A stretch of 64,000 bases of DNA, from IMG/VR virus record IMGVR_UViG_3300017909_001085, positions 1-64,000 of that record. One strand, given 5' to 3'. Under the pieces are notes generated by a model, which saw nothing but the letters and a program-made list of their open reading frames with translations, was not told the DNA's origin and made no database searches. The position numbers were made by a program, and so were the translations under genes. Shown piece after piece: positions 36,664 to 46,700 of this stretch. Each line of letters opens with the position of its first letter. Position 1 is the stretch's first letter. The stretch comes from a virus. Taxonomy: Duplodnaviria; Caudoviricetes.

Positions 36664-38188
36664 ACTTTAACCAGATACCATTCACTTTGCAAAAATTCTT
36701 TGCTCGTGGTTTACCTGTCTCCTCATCAACTCTGTTACCGCCTGGCATCTGAGCGAGTGCCATCTTTAATGTAGTCACATACTCAAATCCAAGTTCTTTA
36801 CAGATACGAATGCTATCACCCTCAAGTGGCAACATCTCATTACCGAATTTTGCATCTGCAATATTCCATAGTAAGTATCTGTCGTTCTTTAAGTATTTAT
36901 ATGCATTTGTAAGTGTAGGTCTAAGAAAACCTTCTACCCACGTTTCATATTGATTGAATTTCTTGTACGATTGTTCCTCGTCATCAGAATACGCCTCTTT
37001 CGCAAAGTACGGTGGTGATGTGAAGACGAGGTCAAGGGTTTCATTCTCACATGAGAAATCTTCTGAACCGCATTGGTGTATTTCGTATGTGTTTGTATGC
37101 GGAAATAGACCTGTTCCTCTGTAAGTTTTCTCATTGAAAAACCTAGCGAGTTCATCATACTTTGTGCTTTTGGTACCGTCTTCTCTAATAACTGTATGGT
37201 CTGTATTAGGGTCGGTGCCAATATAGTGTATATTACGGTCGTCACTAACAGACATAGCACCGAGAATACGACCACCCCAACCAGCAGAGGGATCCCAAAT
37301 ACGAATAGTAGACTGTTCTTTGAAATGTTCAGTATATTTCTCATACAGATATTTAGCAGTCAGAGGCGGGAAATTAACAGCATATTGACACCATGATATA
37401 CGAAAGGGTTTGAACCCTAACGGAAAAATCTTCTGACCTTTTTTGAACAACATAATCTGATATACATCACAATCGTCTTTCATATTGACTTTGCAATTAT
37501 CAGGTATGTCTAGTTGCTCAATCTCTTCTCTAGTAACTTGCGCCCACTGTACGTTACGCAACTTGTCATCATAACCTGTGTACTCTTGTTCTTTATCAGG
37601 TTTTAACCAATAATCATGGGTATCATATTCTCTAGCATTATGCTCAAACCAACTGATAAAACTATTGCCATCACTAACCGTGTGTCGCTTAGTGCCAAAC
37701 TCCAAGAGTTCTTCTTTTTTAATAGGATTAGAATAGTGATAAAAACTATCACGCTTAAAATGCCTGTGACCATATGTGTATACCTTCTGAAACAAATCTT
37801 CATCTACGAAATGGTCATAGATAGACTTTGCTTTATTTATGTCATTATACACAATCTTCGTTTTCATCATTGTAGGAAACCACTGATTAGCGGCATTACC
37901 TACAACTGATGTGTTACGAATAACATCACACTTACCTGTCTCTTCATCAAGACACTCAAACTCATGAACAGGAAAACTTGACATCTGATTGAACTGGTCA
38001 ATAATCTTATCTTCTGACCAACCAACTCTTGGTGGTAGACCTAGTTCATCCCATGAGTATGCTACTTCTTTTCGCATATCACGCAACCATTGTCTAAATT
38101 CTTCATCTGACATCCACAAGACTTCTTCAAATGTCTTGTTTACTTCATGCTCTAACAGATAACTGTTTCGCTCATAAAAATGCTTCAC
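36629..38188 (-). CDS. Amino (N4C/N6A)-type DNA methyltransferase with long N-terminal extension
   Basis: WDPSAGWGGR motif I followed by DLVFTSPPY motif IV. Confidence 0.8.
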   Translation of the reverse strand: MKHFYERNSYLLEHEVNKTFEEVLWMSDEEFRQWLRDMRKEVAYSWDELGLPPRVGWSEDKIIDQFNQMSSFPVHEFECLDEETGKCDVIRNTSVVGNAANQWFPTMMKTKIVYNDINKAKSIYDHFVDEDLFQKVYTYGHRHFKRDSFYHYSNPIKKEELLEFGTKRHTVSDGNSFISWFEHNAREYDTHDYWLKPDKEQEYTGYDDKLRNVQWAQVTREEIEQLDIPDNCKVNMKDDCDVYQIMLFKKGQKIFPLGFKPFRISWCQYAVNFPPLTAKYLYEKYTEHFKEQSTIRIWDPSAGWGGRILGAMSVSDDRNIHYIGTDPNTDHTVIREDGTKSTKYDELARFFNEKTYRGTGLFPHTNTYEIHQCGSEDFSCENETLDLVFTSPPYFAKEAYSDDEEQSYKKFNQYETWVEGFLRPTLTNAYKYLKNDRYLLWNIADAKFGNEMLPLEGDSIRICKELGFEYVTTLKMALAQMPGGNRVDEETGKPRAKNFCKVNGIWLKYEPIFVFKKHL

Positions 38189-38412
38189 TCAATAACCTCA
38201 ACTTCACTTTCTGTTTCTATTACTACTCTCGCACCGCAAGATAGAATAGGTTTCTCATTACCACCATATCGAACTACACTGTCGCCATGTATCTTTACAG
38301 CATGACAGTATGTGTTTGAGCGACCTTGCTTTATTGTAATAACAGGTTCATTTGTACCATGCTTCTTATTCGCTCTAATCTTATGCTGGTTTACATGTAT
38401 ATAGGTTTTCAT
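38185..38412 (-). CDS. Conserved small phage protein
   Basis: IHVNQHKIRAN...LSCGARVVIET. Confidence 0.65.
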   Translation of the reverse strand: MKTYIHVNQHKIRANKKHGTNEPVITIKQGRSNTYCHAVKIHGDSVVRYGGNEKPILSCGARVVIETESEVEVIE

Positions 38413-38422
38413 ATTACTCTCA

Positions 38423-38980
38423 CTATAGCATTATTGGACTGGTTTTGTCAAATACTAAATCAAAACTTTTCCATGTTAATGTCATTCGACAATTGTTTTT
38501 TACCGATGTTGACAGTCCTCGATGCGGCATCACAGAACTAAAAATCACAACTCGTCCCGGAACAAAGTCAACTACACCCATCTGAGTTTCAAATCCTCTA
38601 ATACCTTCATGATGATAATTTACCATGTAAAGTATCGTATAGTTCTCATCGAGGTTTTTTGTTCGATGTCTACTGTCAATGTGCATAGAACCATCTAGTT
38701 CATATGTCTGTCCATTGATATAGACATGTTGTTTATCTAAGTCTTTTTCTTTGACTTCAAACTTATAATATTCTTTAATTTTCTGAAAAATAAATTGTTG
38801 GTCAGGACAATCTAAAATATGAGTGTAATCATTCAATCTTGTGCTACACCAAAATATTGCATCATCTGGATTGTTTGACACATTACCATAGTAGAATAAA
38901 TTATCATGATACTTTGTTGCTACTCTTGCTACAAAATCATCATCAAACAAATTATCAACATAATCTATTCTTTTCATCAT
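38423..38980 (-). CDS. 2OG-Fe(II) oxygenase
   Basis: YINGQT, HID, PGRVVIF, PHRG, RMTL. Confidence 0.8.
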   Translation of the reverse strand: MMKRIDYVDNLFDDDFVARVATKYHDNLFYYGNVSNNPDDAIFWCSTRLNDYTHILDCPDQQFIFQKIKEYYKFEVKEKDLDKQHVYINGQTYELDGSMHIDSRHRTKNLDENYTILYMVNYHHEGIRGFETQMGVVDFVPGRVVIFSSVMPHRGLSTSVKNNCRMTLTWKSFDLVFDKTSPIML

Positions 38981-39744
38981 GCCGCTACATTCCAGAATAA
39001 ATTGAGTTTACTTCTATCCATGTTTTCTTGTATCACTTTCCATGCTTTAGCATCATACTCAGGCGCACTTGGAAACGGTGGTGCTTCACTTTCTTTGACA
39101 GGTTTATCGAATTTATACGGTGATACCCACAACTTCGCACGCCCTTGTTGTCTTTCATCTAATTTATGTCCTGTCTGTATCACATGCACTTCTGCTTCTG
39201 GGAATGCAAGTTGCAACCCTCGGTTCAGAGTTCCTGATGACCCTACTGTCCAGATTACTTCTGGCATAACATCTAGCGACTGCGCTACTTTCACTATACT
39301 TCCTAGAACCCAATCGTGTTCTAGTCCTAAAGGCAACGTCCTTCGGGTTTGTGGACTCTCTCTGCGATATTGCTCTGCTTTTGACAGAGTGACATTTAAC
39401 ATACCCATCTTTACCCATTCAATACGACCTCCATACTCCATGTATTTCTGTTGATGCCATGTGGGTTCTTTTCTATCTGCCCAAAAACAAGTTGATTTCT
39501 TACCGTACTTTTGACAAACATATGCTAACGAGATTGGTCCCCATCCGACTTTGTTTGAACCTCCAAAGACCCACTCTTCACAGTCTGTGTCTCTGATAAG
39601 TTTATCGATGAACCTGATTTTGCTTCCTGCAGGAAGTACATCATCACGCACCACAATAACATCATCATGATTGACAAGCATAGGCGGGTCGTAAGGGTCA
39701 GACCAGTCACTTACTAACTCTAAATAATCTTCTGCAACTATCAT
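38977..39744 (-). CDS. Fold-type II PLP-dependent enzyme (D-cysteine desulfhydrase/ACC deaminase-like)
   Basis: VVRDD..AGSK.R Schiff-base Lys context, VGSSGT phosphate loop, YDAKAW, FWNV. Confidence 0.8.
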   Translation of the reverse strand: MIVAEDYLELVSDWSDPYDPPMLVNHDDVIVVRDDVLPAGSKIRFIDKLIRDTDCEEWVFGGSNKVGWGPISLAYVCQKYGKKSTCFWADRKEPTWHQQKYMEYGGRIEWVKMGMLNVTLSKAEQYRRESPQTRRTLPLGLEHDWVLGSIVKVAQSLDVMPEVIWTVGSSGTLNRGLQLAFPEAEVHVIQTGHKLDERQQGRAKLWVSPYKFDKPVKESEAPPFPSAPEYDAKAWKVIQENMDRSKLNLFWNVAA

Positions 39745-40849
39745 TCGCTTCTATATCCACTACTAAATGTATTCTTGTTTCATCACCATTGTTAATCGCC
39801 ATATGTGGTTTGCGAATATCTAGATACCACAACTCACCTTCTTTCATATTAACAACATGCTTCTCACCATGCATATCCCACGATGTAAACTCCATCTTCG
39901 GATTTGTAATCACTGGAATATGTAGTCTCATAATCTTACCATCTGCAACACCAAGATAAGGGTCAACTTGGTCAGTGTGTCTTTGCAGTTCACCACCGCC
40001 TGGAGCAAGTGACATAAATCTTATTCGTTCAATATTATCTGTAGGTATTCTTGATAGCAAGTCATTTACATACGGAAACTGTTCTCGCAAAGGTGTGTCT
40101 TCACACTCCCACTCTTCCCATGTGTCATTTTCTGCTTTCCATTTCTTGCTCATCTCTACAGGTTTTGCAATAAATGATGGGTCTGGTCTATAACCTCTCA
40201 ATGATATTGCTGACCATGAACCTTTTTTATTGTAATTTGAGTAATGATTAGTGTACTCAAGTGTTATTTTTTCTAGTTCTTTGCGTATAATCGATGTATT
40301 GATAGTGTCAAACATGCATTTACTTATAGAAACCGTCTCAGCGCCGTCTATGGGCGGATGAGAGCGTTCTTCGAATGAAGTGCTAGAATTACGAAAGAAT
40401 ACGCTATATATCTCTGCAAACGTAGTTATTTTACTACCAACATAGTCAAAACCTGCATCTTGTGCAAACTTGACTGCTTTTTCATCTTCTGACCACACAA
40501 ACAACCAGCAGTTTCTATCGCTATAGTGACTGATATAGTTCTTTACATTCTCTGTGTATGCAGATATATTCTGAATTACAACATCACCTGGTTCTTTATA
40601 ACCAATAATAGTCTCACCATGCATTGTAATCTTCGAACGGACTTTTGCTTCAGTGATGTTAATCCAAGCATCACCTGCTTTGCGTAGAGAACCTTTATCT
40701 AAAAAGTCTGCTACATTATTCTTCTTGAACTGTGCAAAAGGACTATCAGTGTATGAGTTGTAATGGTCATACTCTGCAGTAATTTCTTTTAGATAATCTA
40801 ACTGATAACCTTTTTGCCAGTCTTTCATTTCTACTTCTGTTTGTGTCAT
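39707..40849 (-). CDS. Fusion: GNAT-like N-terminal domain + aspartyl/asparaginyl beta-hydroxylase-type oxygenase
   Basis: V..EDEKAVKFAQDAGF resembles GNAT motif B; C-terminal LAPGG..HTD, RLHIP, H...N.G...RIHLVVD AspH signature. Confidence 0.7.
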   Translation of the reverse strand: MTQTEVEMKDWQKGYQLDYLKEITAEYDHYNSYTDSPFAQFKKNNVADFLDKGSLRKAGDAWINITEAKVRSKITMHGETIIGYKEPGDVVIQNISAYTENVKNYISHYSDRNCWLFVWSEDEKAVKFAQDAGFDYVGSKITTFAEIYSVFFRNSSTSFEERSHPPIDGAETVSISKCMFDTINTSIIRKELEKITLEYTNHYSNYNKKGSWSAISLRGYRPDPSFIAKPVEMSKKWKAENDTWEEWECEDTPLREQFPYVNDLLSRIPTDNIERIRFMSLAPGGGELQRHTDQVDPYLGVADGKIMRLHIPVITNPKMEFTSWDMHGEKHVVNMKEGELWYLDIRKPHMAINNGDETRIHLVVDIEANDSCRRLFRVSK

Positions 40850-41439
40850 ATATCTGACCTTTCTTTTACACTATCAAAAAAATCCTCTTCAATAGCAAAA
40901 CTAACTGAACATCTTGGACCCGTAATACTTGGGCAGTGTTTCCACCATTTTGGAATATATATCATATCATTTGGATATAGTGTAAACTCTTCTATCACAT
41001 CATCTTCATCTATTCCTTGCTGAACTTTCCAAAGGGTTTCGCCTTGTATTTGCCATATGTAAGTATGCATATCATCATTATGAAAATTAAGTCCATCACT
41101 TTCTGCAACAAGAGAAACAAATAAATGACAATTTACTCTATGTCTAGTTTTATCAATTAGATGTTTTTCTTCTATAATTTTTCTCACATATGCAACTTGA
41201 GGTATTAACTCTGCATTATGTGTAGCGAAAGAAGGAAATATATTAGTATCATTATCAACTTCAATTTGATTTTGTGATACTAATCTAACTGCACGACCTG
41301 ACTTAGAAATAACTTCTGACCATTCTTTTGAGTTTCTATAATCAACCGATGCCTGAAAATTCTGAACTATGTCAGACCAGTCAAATCGCTCAAACTGCAT
41401 TTGTCCTATCTCGCCAATTTTTGGTAACTCATGCCACAT
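40846..41439 (-). CDS. JmjC/cupin-4-like 2OG oxygenase
   Basis: FHNDD, WQIQG...W, LYPNDMIYIP..W.H, RCSVSF. Confidence 0.8.
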   Translation of the reverse strand: MWHELPKIGEIGQMQFERFDWSDIVQNFQASVDYRNSKEWSEVISKSGRAVRLVSQNQIEVDNDTNIFPSFATHNAELIPQVAYVRKIIEEKHLIDKTRHRVNCHLFVSLVAESDGLNFHNDDMHTYIWQIQGETLWKVQQGIDEDDVIEEFTLYPNDMIYIPKWWKHCPSITGPRCSVSFAIEEDFFDSVKERSDI

Positions 41440-41962
41440 CTGGTAACTTTAACTTTCCCTCTTTAATGAGTTTCTTTATCTTCTTGTCTCTTGCTTTGAT
41501 GCCTCTATCAAGCACCAACTTAGATGCTCTCTGTGTAAAGTCAATACCCATCATGTGGTCCATCTCATGCAAGAATATTCGTGCAGTCAATCCTTCATAT
41601 TTCATTTTTTTGTTCTCACCATTCTCATCATGATATGATACTACGCAAAACTTAGGTCTACGAATAGATAAGAACAAACCAGGCCATGTCAAACAACCTT
41701 CTTTCAGATGTTCAAGTTCAGGACTCATAGTAAGCACTTGTGGGTTGAATACATTTACACGAAAATCATCTTTACCCATAACGAACACTTTAGCATCAAT
41801 ACCAACTTGATTAGCAGACAGACCTACGCCGTTGTAGTGTTTCATATTGAACCACAACTGGTCAGCAAGTTCTTTCGGATCCATAAATGGATTATCAAAA
41901 TCAAATGCCTTTGGTTTGTATAACGCATCATTTGGTGGCGTTAATTCTAAAACTTTACTCAT
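41429..41962 (-). CDS. def: Peptide deformylase
   Basis: GVGLSANQVG, EGCLT, HEMDH; ATG at 41962 (TGATG overlap). Confidence 0.92.
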   Translation of the reverse strand: MSKVLELTPPNDALYKPKAFDFDNPFMDPKELADQLWFNMKHYNGVGLSANQVGIDAKVFVMGKDDFRVNVFNPQVLTMSPELEHLKEGCLTWPGLFLSIRRPKFCVVSYHDENGENKKMKYEGLTARIFLHEMDHMMGIDFTQRASKLVLDRGIKARDKKIKKLIKEGKLKLPDVA

Positions 41963-42075
41963 CAAGATACCTGTACTGCAATATAAAGACAAATAGCAAT
42001 AATAAGTAATTTACCATAGTCTAAATCAAAATCAGTACCTTCACCAATTTTTTCTTTTATCTCACTAAACTTCAT
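41962..42075 (-). CDS. Small membrane peptide (37 aa)
   Basis: Manual translation MKFSEIKEKIGEGTDFDLDYGKLLIIAICLYIAVQVS; AAGGAG SD; fills gap exactly. Confidence 0.55.
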   Translation of the reverse strand: MKFSEIKEKIGEGTDFDLDYGKLLIIAICLYIAVQVS

Positions 42076-42499
42076 CGTTTTCTCCTTCTATAGTAATATT
42101 TAGGCCGGTGTTTATAAAGATTTCACAATCAGTGTCTTCCCAACCTAATTCATAAACACCATCAAAACTATCTTCATCAAATGCTGTTTCAAACTCATCA
42201 AGCATCTCTGCAGTTACATCTTTTGAACCTTCAAAGTCTAACCATACACCATCGTCAAGATAGTCCATCTCAAGACCTTCGTACATGTCAGGTTCACAGA
42301 CACCGTTTTCGCTGTCTTCTCTAAGTTCTTGCAGTTCGTCTGCAGTTACTTCACCAACCCATTTACCCCATCGCCAACCTTGGTCCATAGTAATCCAGTA
42401 TTTGTGTTCACCCTCTTCTTTATAAAAAGTAGTCAATTCACTGATTGCTTTTTTGTTGTCTGGTTCTACGCTAATTTTATACAATTTTTCTTCGCTCAT
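42065..42499 (-). CDS. Acidic hypothetical protein
   Basis: 144-aa ORF, GWRWG motif, ATGA coupling. Confidence 0.6.
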   Translation of the reverse strand: MSEEKLYKISVEPDNKKAISELTTFYKEEGEHKYWITMDQGWRWGKWVGEVTADELQELREDSENGVCEPDMYEGLEMDYLDDGVWLDFEGSKDVTAEMLDEFETAFDEDSFDGVYELGWEDTDCEIFINTGLNITIEGENDEV

Positions 42500-44211
42500 G
42501 ATACTAACCTCGAATAGTTGTTTGGTTTGTCAAATCTCAATACATTTGTAAACTTATCAAACAAGGTGTCGCCTTTATGTGATATTACAAATGCGTTGAT
42601 ACCGTTATCCATAGTATTTAGGATTTTCAAAAACTCTTCTGTACCGTTTGCATCTAGCGAACTGTCGAATACTTCATCTAGAACAAGAAGGTTGGTATTA
42701 GTTGAGTTTTTCATCTTAGCAATAATACGCCAAGTAAATAGAAGTGACAAGTCAATACGCAACTTCTCACCTTCTGAGAATGATGCATAACTAAAGTCAT
42801 CTCTATGTCTAGACTTGATTGTTTCTTTGAATGAACCATCTAAATTGAACTGAACAAAGAAGTCAAGTGCTTGTAGAAAGTGATTTACATAATGATTAAT
42901 CACTGGTAGATACTGATTAATAATCTTAGTCTTGATACCAGTATCTTTGAGAAGATTTGCAGATATCTCTGAATAGTAACGCTGGTCGTTCAACTCGTTT
43001 TTCAAGTCTGATACTTTGCGTTCTTCTTCTTGCATATCGGTTAGTTTTTGAATATGTTCATCTGCATCTGTCAGTTGTGCATTAGCAGTTTCAATCTCTG
43101 TATTCCATTCTTCAATGCTACGATTATACGTCTGAATATGAATATTTCTTTCGTTGATATCATCTTGCAGAGTTTGTATTTGCGAGTGTACTTCTGTGAT
43201 TTCAGACATGCGTTTGCGAACTGCTTCAAGTTCTGACTTTAACTGCAATTGTGCAGTGTCAAACTCTACTAGTTTTTCTTTTCGTTCTGCAAGTATATTG
43301 CTTTTGAATGTCTCATCAATAGTTTGCTTACATGTGCCACACTCATCATTCTCATTATAGAATGTAATATCGTTTGCAACTTTTGTCGCATTTCTTTTTA
43401 ATTGTTCTCCGATTGAGTTGAACTTTTGATACCTTTTATCTGTTCTGCTTTCATCTTCAATAGTTCCTCGTAAGTCTCGTATCCTGTCAGTTCGTTCTGT
43501 GATTTGCTCTTGGTGTAGTTCAATTGCATCCTTCGCCTTGACAATTCGTTGTTTAATTTCCTCTGTCGATTTCTTACGCTGTTCATCTAGTCTCTCCAAG
43601 TAATCTTGCTGTAGGTCAATTTTTTGTCGAACCACCGACAGATTGCTTTCAGCATCTTTGTACTCTTGTGCTACTTCTAACAACTCACCTCGCAGAATAT
43701 CATTCATACGACTGAAGATTTGAATATCAAGTAAGTCTTCGATAATCTCTCTTCGTTGTGGTGCTGGTAGTTGCATGAAAGGAACAAAAGATGATGAACC
43801 AAGTACTACAATCTGAGTGAAAGACTTATAGTTCAATTTTAGAATTTGTTTTTCTAAGAACTCTTGATAGTCTTTTGTTGCGGCGTCTTGGTTCACCAAA
43901 ACATTATTTTGATAGATTTCAAAGATAGCAGGTTTCAACCCTCTTCGTACTTTATACTGTGATGAACCAATACTAAACTCGACTTCGACAAGTGCATCTT
44001 TTTGATTGATTGAGTTTACTAACTGACCAATCTTAATTTTACGAAAGGGTTTATTAAACAATGCAAAACATAATGCATCGATAAATGTTGATTTACCTGA
44101 ACCGTTTGAACCAACTACGAGTGTCGTTGGTGATTTACATATATCAATCTCGGTAAACGCATTGCCTGTTGACAGAAAATTGCGCCACCTTACATACTCA
44201 AATTTTATCAT
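42496..44211 (-). CDS. gp46: Recombination endonuclease ATPase subunit (T4 gp46, Rad50/SbcC-like)
   Basis: GSNGSGKST, CGTC zinc hook, FSEGE signature, LDEVFD, ISH. Confidence 0.96.
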   Translation of the reverse strand: MIKFEYVRWRNFLSTGNAFTEIDICKSPTTLVVGSNGSGKSTFIDALCFALFNKPFRKIKIGQLVNSINQKDALVEVEFSIGSSQYKVRRGLKPAIFEIYQNNVLVNQDAATKDYQEFLEKQILKLNYKSFTQIVVLGSSSFVPFMQLPAPQRREIIEDLLDIQIFSRMNDILRGELLEVAQEYKDAESNLSVVRQKIDLQQDYLERLDEQRKKSTEEIKQRIVKAKDAIELHQEQITERTDRIRDLRGTIEDESRTDKRYQKFNSIGEQLKRNATKVANDITFYNENDECGTCKQTIDETFKSNILAERKEKLVEFDTAQLQLKSELEAVRKRMSEITEVHSQIQTLQDDINERNIHIQTYNRSIEEWNTEIETANAQLTDADEHIQKLTDMQEEERKVSDLKNELNDQRYYSEISANLLKDTGIKTKIINQYLPVINHYVNHFLQALDFFVQFNLDGSFKETIKSRHRDDFSYASFSEGEKLRIDLSLLFTWRIIAKMKNSTNTNLLVLDEVFDSSLDANGTEEFLKILNTMDNGINAFVISHKGDTLFDKFTNVLRFDKPNNYSRLVS

Positions 44212-45275
44212 ACTACTGTATTACTCGCTTCTACATATAGTCTTTTCATATCTGTTTTTATTCTTTCTTTGTCTGCAGTTGTATCAACTTCATCGACATA
44301 TGTGTTAAGTAATGATAGTGTGTCATCTAACTGTAAGTTCTTATCATCAACAAATGTAGCATCAAAATCTGTAAAATCTTCTACAATTGTCAACTCATGA
44401 ACCCCAACAGTATACAACTTATCTATCACTTTGTCAAACTCTTTTGCGTTAATCTTGTTGATTACTACCACCTTTACATAGTGGTCTTTGAATTCTGTCG
44501 CATCAAAGTTTTCGTATGACTTATCTCTATCGTTGTATTCTAACTTCTTGAAAATACTGTATGGGTTTTCGATAAACTCTAACTCTCTAGTCTCTGTATC
44601 AAAAATATGAAACCCACGCTTGTCACCATAGTCAGACCAAGTCATCTGATATGGGTTACCTAGATATGTAATGTTGTCTTGCGTTGATTTGTGATGAAAG
44701 TGACCGCTGAATGCACAGTCAAACTTATTGAATAACTTTCTATCTAGACCGTGGTCAAAGTTTGTGAACCCACGATACATTGTAAAACCTTTGACTTCTA
44801 GATGACCCATGAGAACTTGTGCATCTGTCTTTTCAATCATCTGCATTGTTTCATCATAATTCTCAGGACAAATCCAAGGCACAAAAAGCATCTTACATCC
44901 ATCGAACTCTACTTCAGTTGATTTCTCATAAATCCAAGGTTCTAACTTACCATCGAATGAAGTGAATAAACTATTCATGCTGTTGACTTCATTTGTGTTC
45001 TTGTAGTAAGTATCGTGATTACCTATGATAACATGAGTATCTACACCCATGCTACCTAGTTTCCATACAAAGTCATGTCTAAACTTCTGTAGTGTTTTGA
45101 AGTTGATAAACTTTCGTCTATCTGTAATATCACCTAGATGAATACATGTGGTAATATTGTTCTCTTCTAAGTATGGAAAAAATGTGTTATCATAAAACTT
45201 AAAAAAGTAATCATTAAATACTTCACTATCATTTCTGGCACCAAAGTGTGTGTCAGTTATTAGTGCTATTTTCAT
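44208..45275 (-). CDS. gp47: Recombination endonuclease nuclease subunit (T4 gp47, Mre11/SbcD-like)
   Basis: DTHFG, GD, GNHD, GHFH. Confidence 0.96.
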   Translation of the reverse strand: MKIALITDTHFGARNDSEVFNDYFFKFYDNTFFPYLEENNITTCIHLGDITDRRKFINFKTLQKFRHDFVWKLGSMGVDTHVIIGNHDTYYKNTNEVNSMNSLFTSFDGKLEPWIYEKSTEVEFDGCKMLFVPWICPENYDETMQMIEKTDAQVLMGHLEVKGFTMYRGFTNFDHGLDRKLFNKFDCAFSGHFHHKSTQDNITYLGNPYQMTWSDYGDKRGFHIFDTETRELEFIENPYSIFKKLEYNDRDKSYENFDATEFKDHYVKVVVINKINAKEFDKVIDKLYTVGVHELTIVEDFTDFDATFVDDKNLQLDDTLSLLNTYVDEVDTTADKERIKTDMKRLYVEASNTVV

Positions 45276-46698
45276 ATTCACTGTTCCATTTGTTAATCAA
45301 ATCTTTATGCTTCCATGTAGCATTATCTGTAAACTTATGTGCTTTCGGTAGTCTACCATACATGGATAGAAATTCTTCTACATTCTGTTTTGGCAACATA
45401 TCAAGTGCATAAAACACTTGATTAAAGTTGTCACTACCAAATATTCTCCAGTCCCAACCGACCTGTTCTCCTAAGTCTTCACATACTAACACACGGTCAC
45501 TGTTTATGTCAATAAGTTTTTGCAGATTTACCGGTAAAACTGAATTCTCTACATCTTGCCAGAATGGACTTGTTACTTCACAGTTTACATAATGCAAACG
45601 AATAAACATAAACATCTGTTCGAACATCTGTTGAATTTTATCATTATAACCCTTTTGTGCTTCAGATGTAGTTGAGTTTACATACTTCACTAACAGTTTT
45701 GCTTGTTGCAATCCAACACCAATAGCAGTTGCCTCTAAGGGTTCAAAAAAGTGTGATGATAAACCAATCAATACAACATTTTTATGAAAAGTCTTATTAT
45801 AGTGACCTGCTTCAAACTTAAATGTTCTACCTACTTTTGGTTCAAACCCTAATTTTTCTGTGACTTCTTTTACTGCATCTTCATATGAGATGTGCTTTGA
45901 ACTGTACGCATATCCATTACCCATTCTTTCAGATGTAGGTATACGCCACATCCATCCTGCAGACATCTTTTGTGCAGTTGTGAAAACAGGATAGTTATCA
46001 CCCTCATGAGGACACTGAAATGCAAAAGCACTATCTACAAACATGTCATCTTGCTTTGAAATGAACTGAAACTCTGAAATTTCATTTGCAATAAGTCTTT
46101 TGAATCCAGACGCATCGACAAATAATTCTGCTTGATATTCTGTAGTTTCACTTTCTATGCTTGTTACATGTCCATCATCATGATTTACTTTTGTAATCAA
46201 ATCATCGTAAAACGCAATGCCTAACATTTTACATCTCTTATGTAACCACTTATTCAGTTTTTGAGTATCAAAATGAAATTGATTAGGAAGACTATCTTTG
46301 TCATCTACACGCTGTTCTAGATAATTTGGTGGCAGTAGTTCTAAGTTAGATAACCCATATGCCATACCTGCCATTTGGTCAAAGTCAATACCTTGTTCAT
46401 TTGTATCAGTTACTAGAGAGTGTACATAATCTTCACCTTCTTTAACCCAGTCTTTGAAATGAACACCGAACTTAAAAGTTGCACCACACTCTTGAACTAT
46501 CTCTTTGTGTTCTACACCTAACAGATGCATAAACTGCATCACATGTTCAGTACTACTCTCACCAACACCTACAATACCAAGTTCTGATGAACCTACAACA
46601 TATACATCTAGACCAGGTAATGATTTTTTTAGATATATTGCGGCAAATAAACCTGCATTACCTGCCCCCAATACACATACAGTTTTTCTATTTAACAT
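45253..46698 (-). CDS. Flavin-dependent tryptophan halogenase-family protein
   Basis: GAGNAG, GVGES, ATFKFG catalytic Lys, FHFD, DASG, GWMWRIP (WxWxIP), FFEPLEAT. Confidence 0.88.
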   Translation of the reverse strand: MLNRKTVCVLGAGNAGLFAAIYLKKSLPGLDVYVVGSSELGIVGVGESSTEHVMQFMHLLGVEHKEIVQECGATFKFGVHFKDWVKEGEDYVHSLVTDTNEQGIDFDQMAGMAYGLSNLELLPPNYLEQRVDDKDSLPNQFHFDTQKLNKWLHKRCKMLGIAFYDDLITKVNHDDGHVTSIESETTEYQAELFVDASGFKRLIANEISEFQFISKQDDMFVDSAFAFQCPHEGDNYPVFTTAQKMSAGWMWRIPTSERMGNGYAYSSKHISYEDAVKEVTEKLGFEPKVGRTFKFEAGHYNKTFHKNVVLIGLSSHFFEPLEATAIGVGLQQAKLLVKYVNSTTSEAQKGYNDKIQQMFEQMFMFIRLHYVNCEVTSPFWQDVENSVLPVNLQKLIDINSDRVLVCEDLGEQVGWDWRIFGSDNFNQVFYALDMLPKQNVEEFLSMYGRLPKAHKFTDNATWKHKDLINKWNSEYENSTNN

Positions 46699-46700
46699 GA

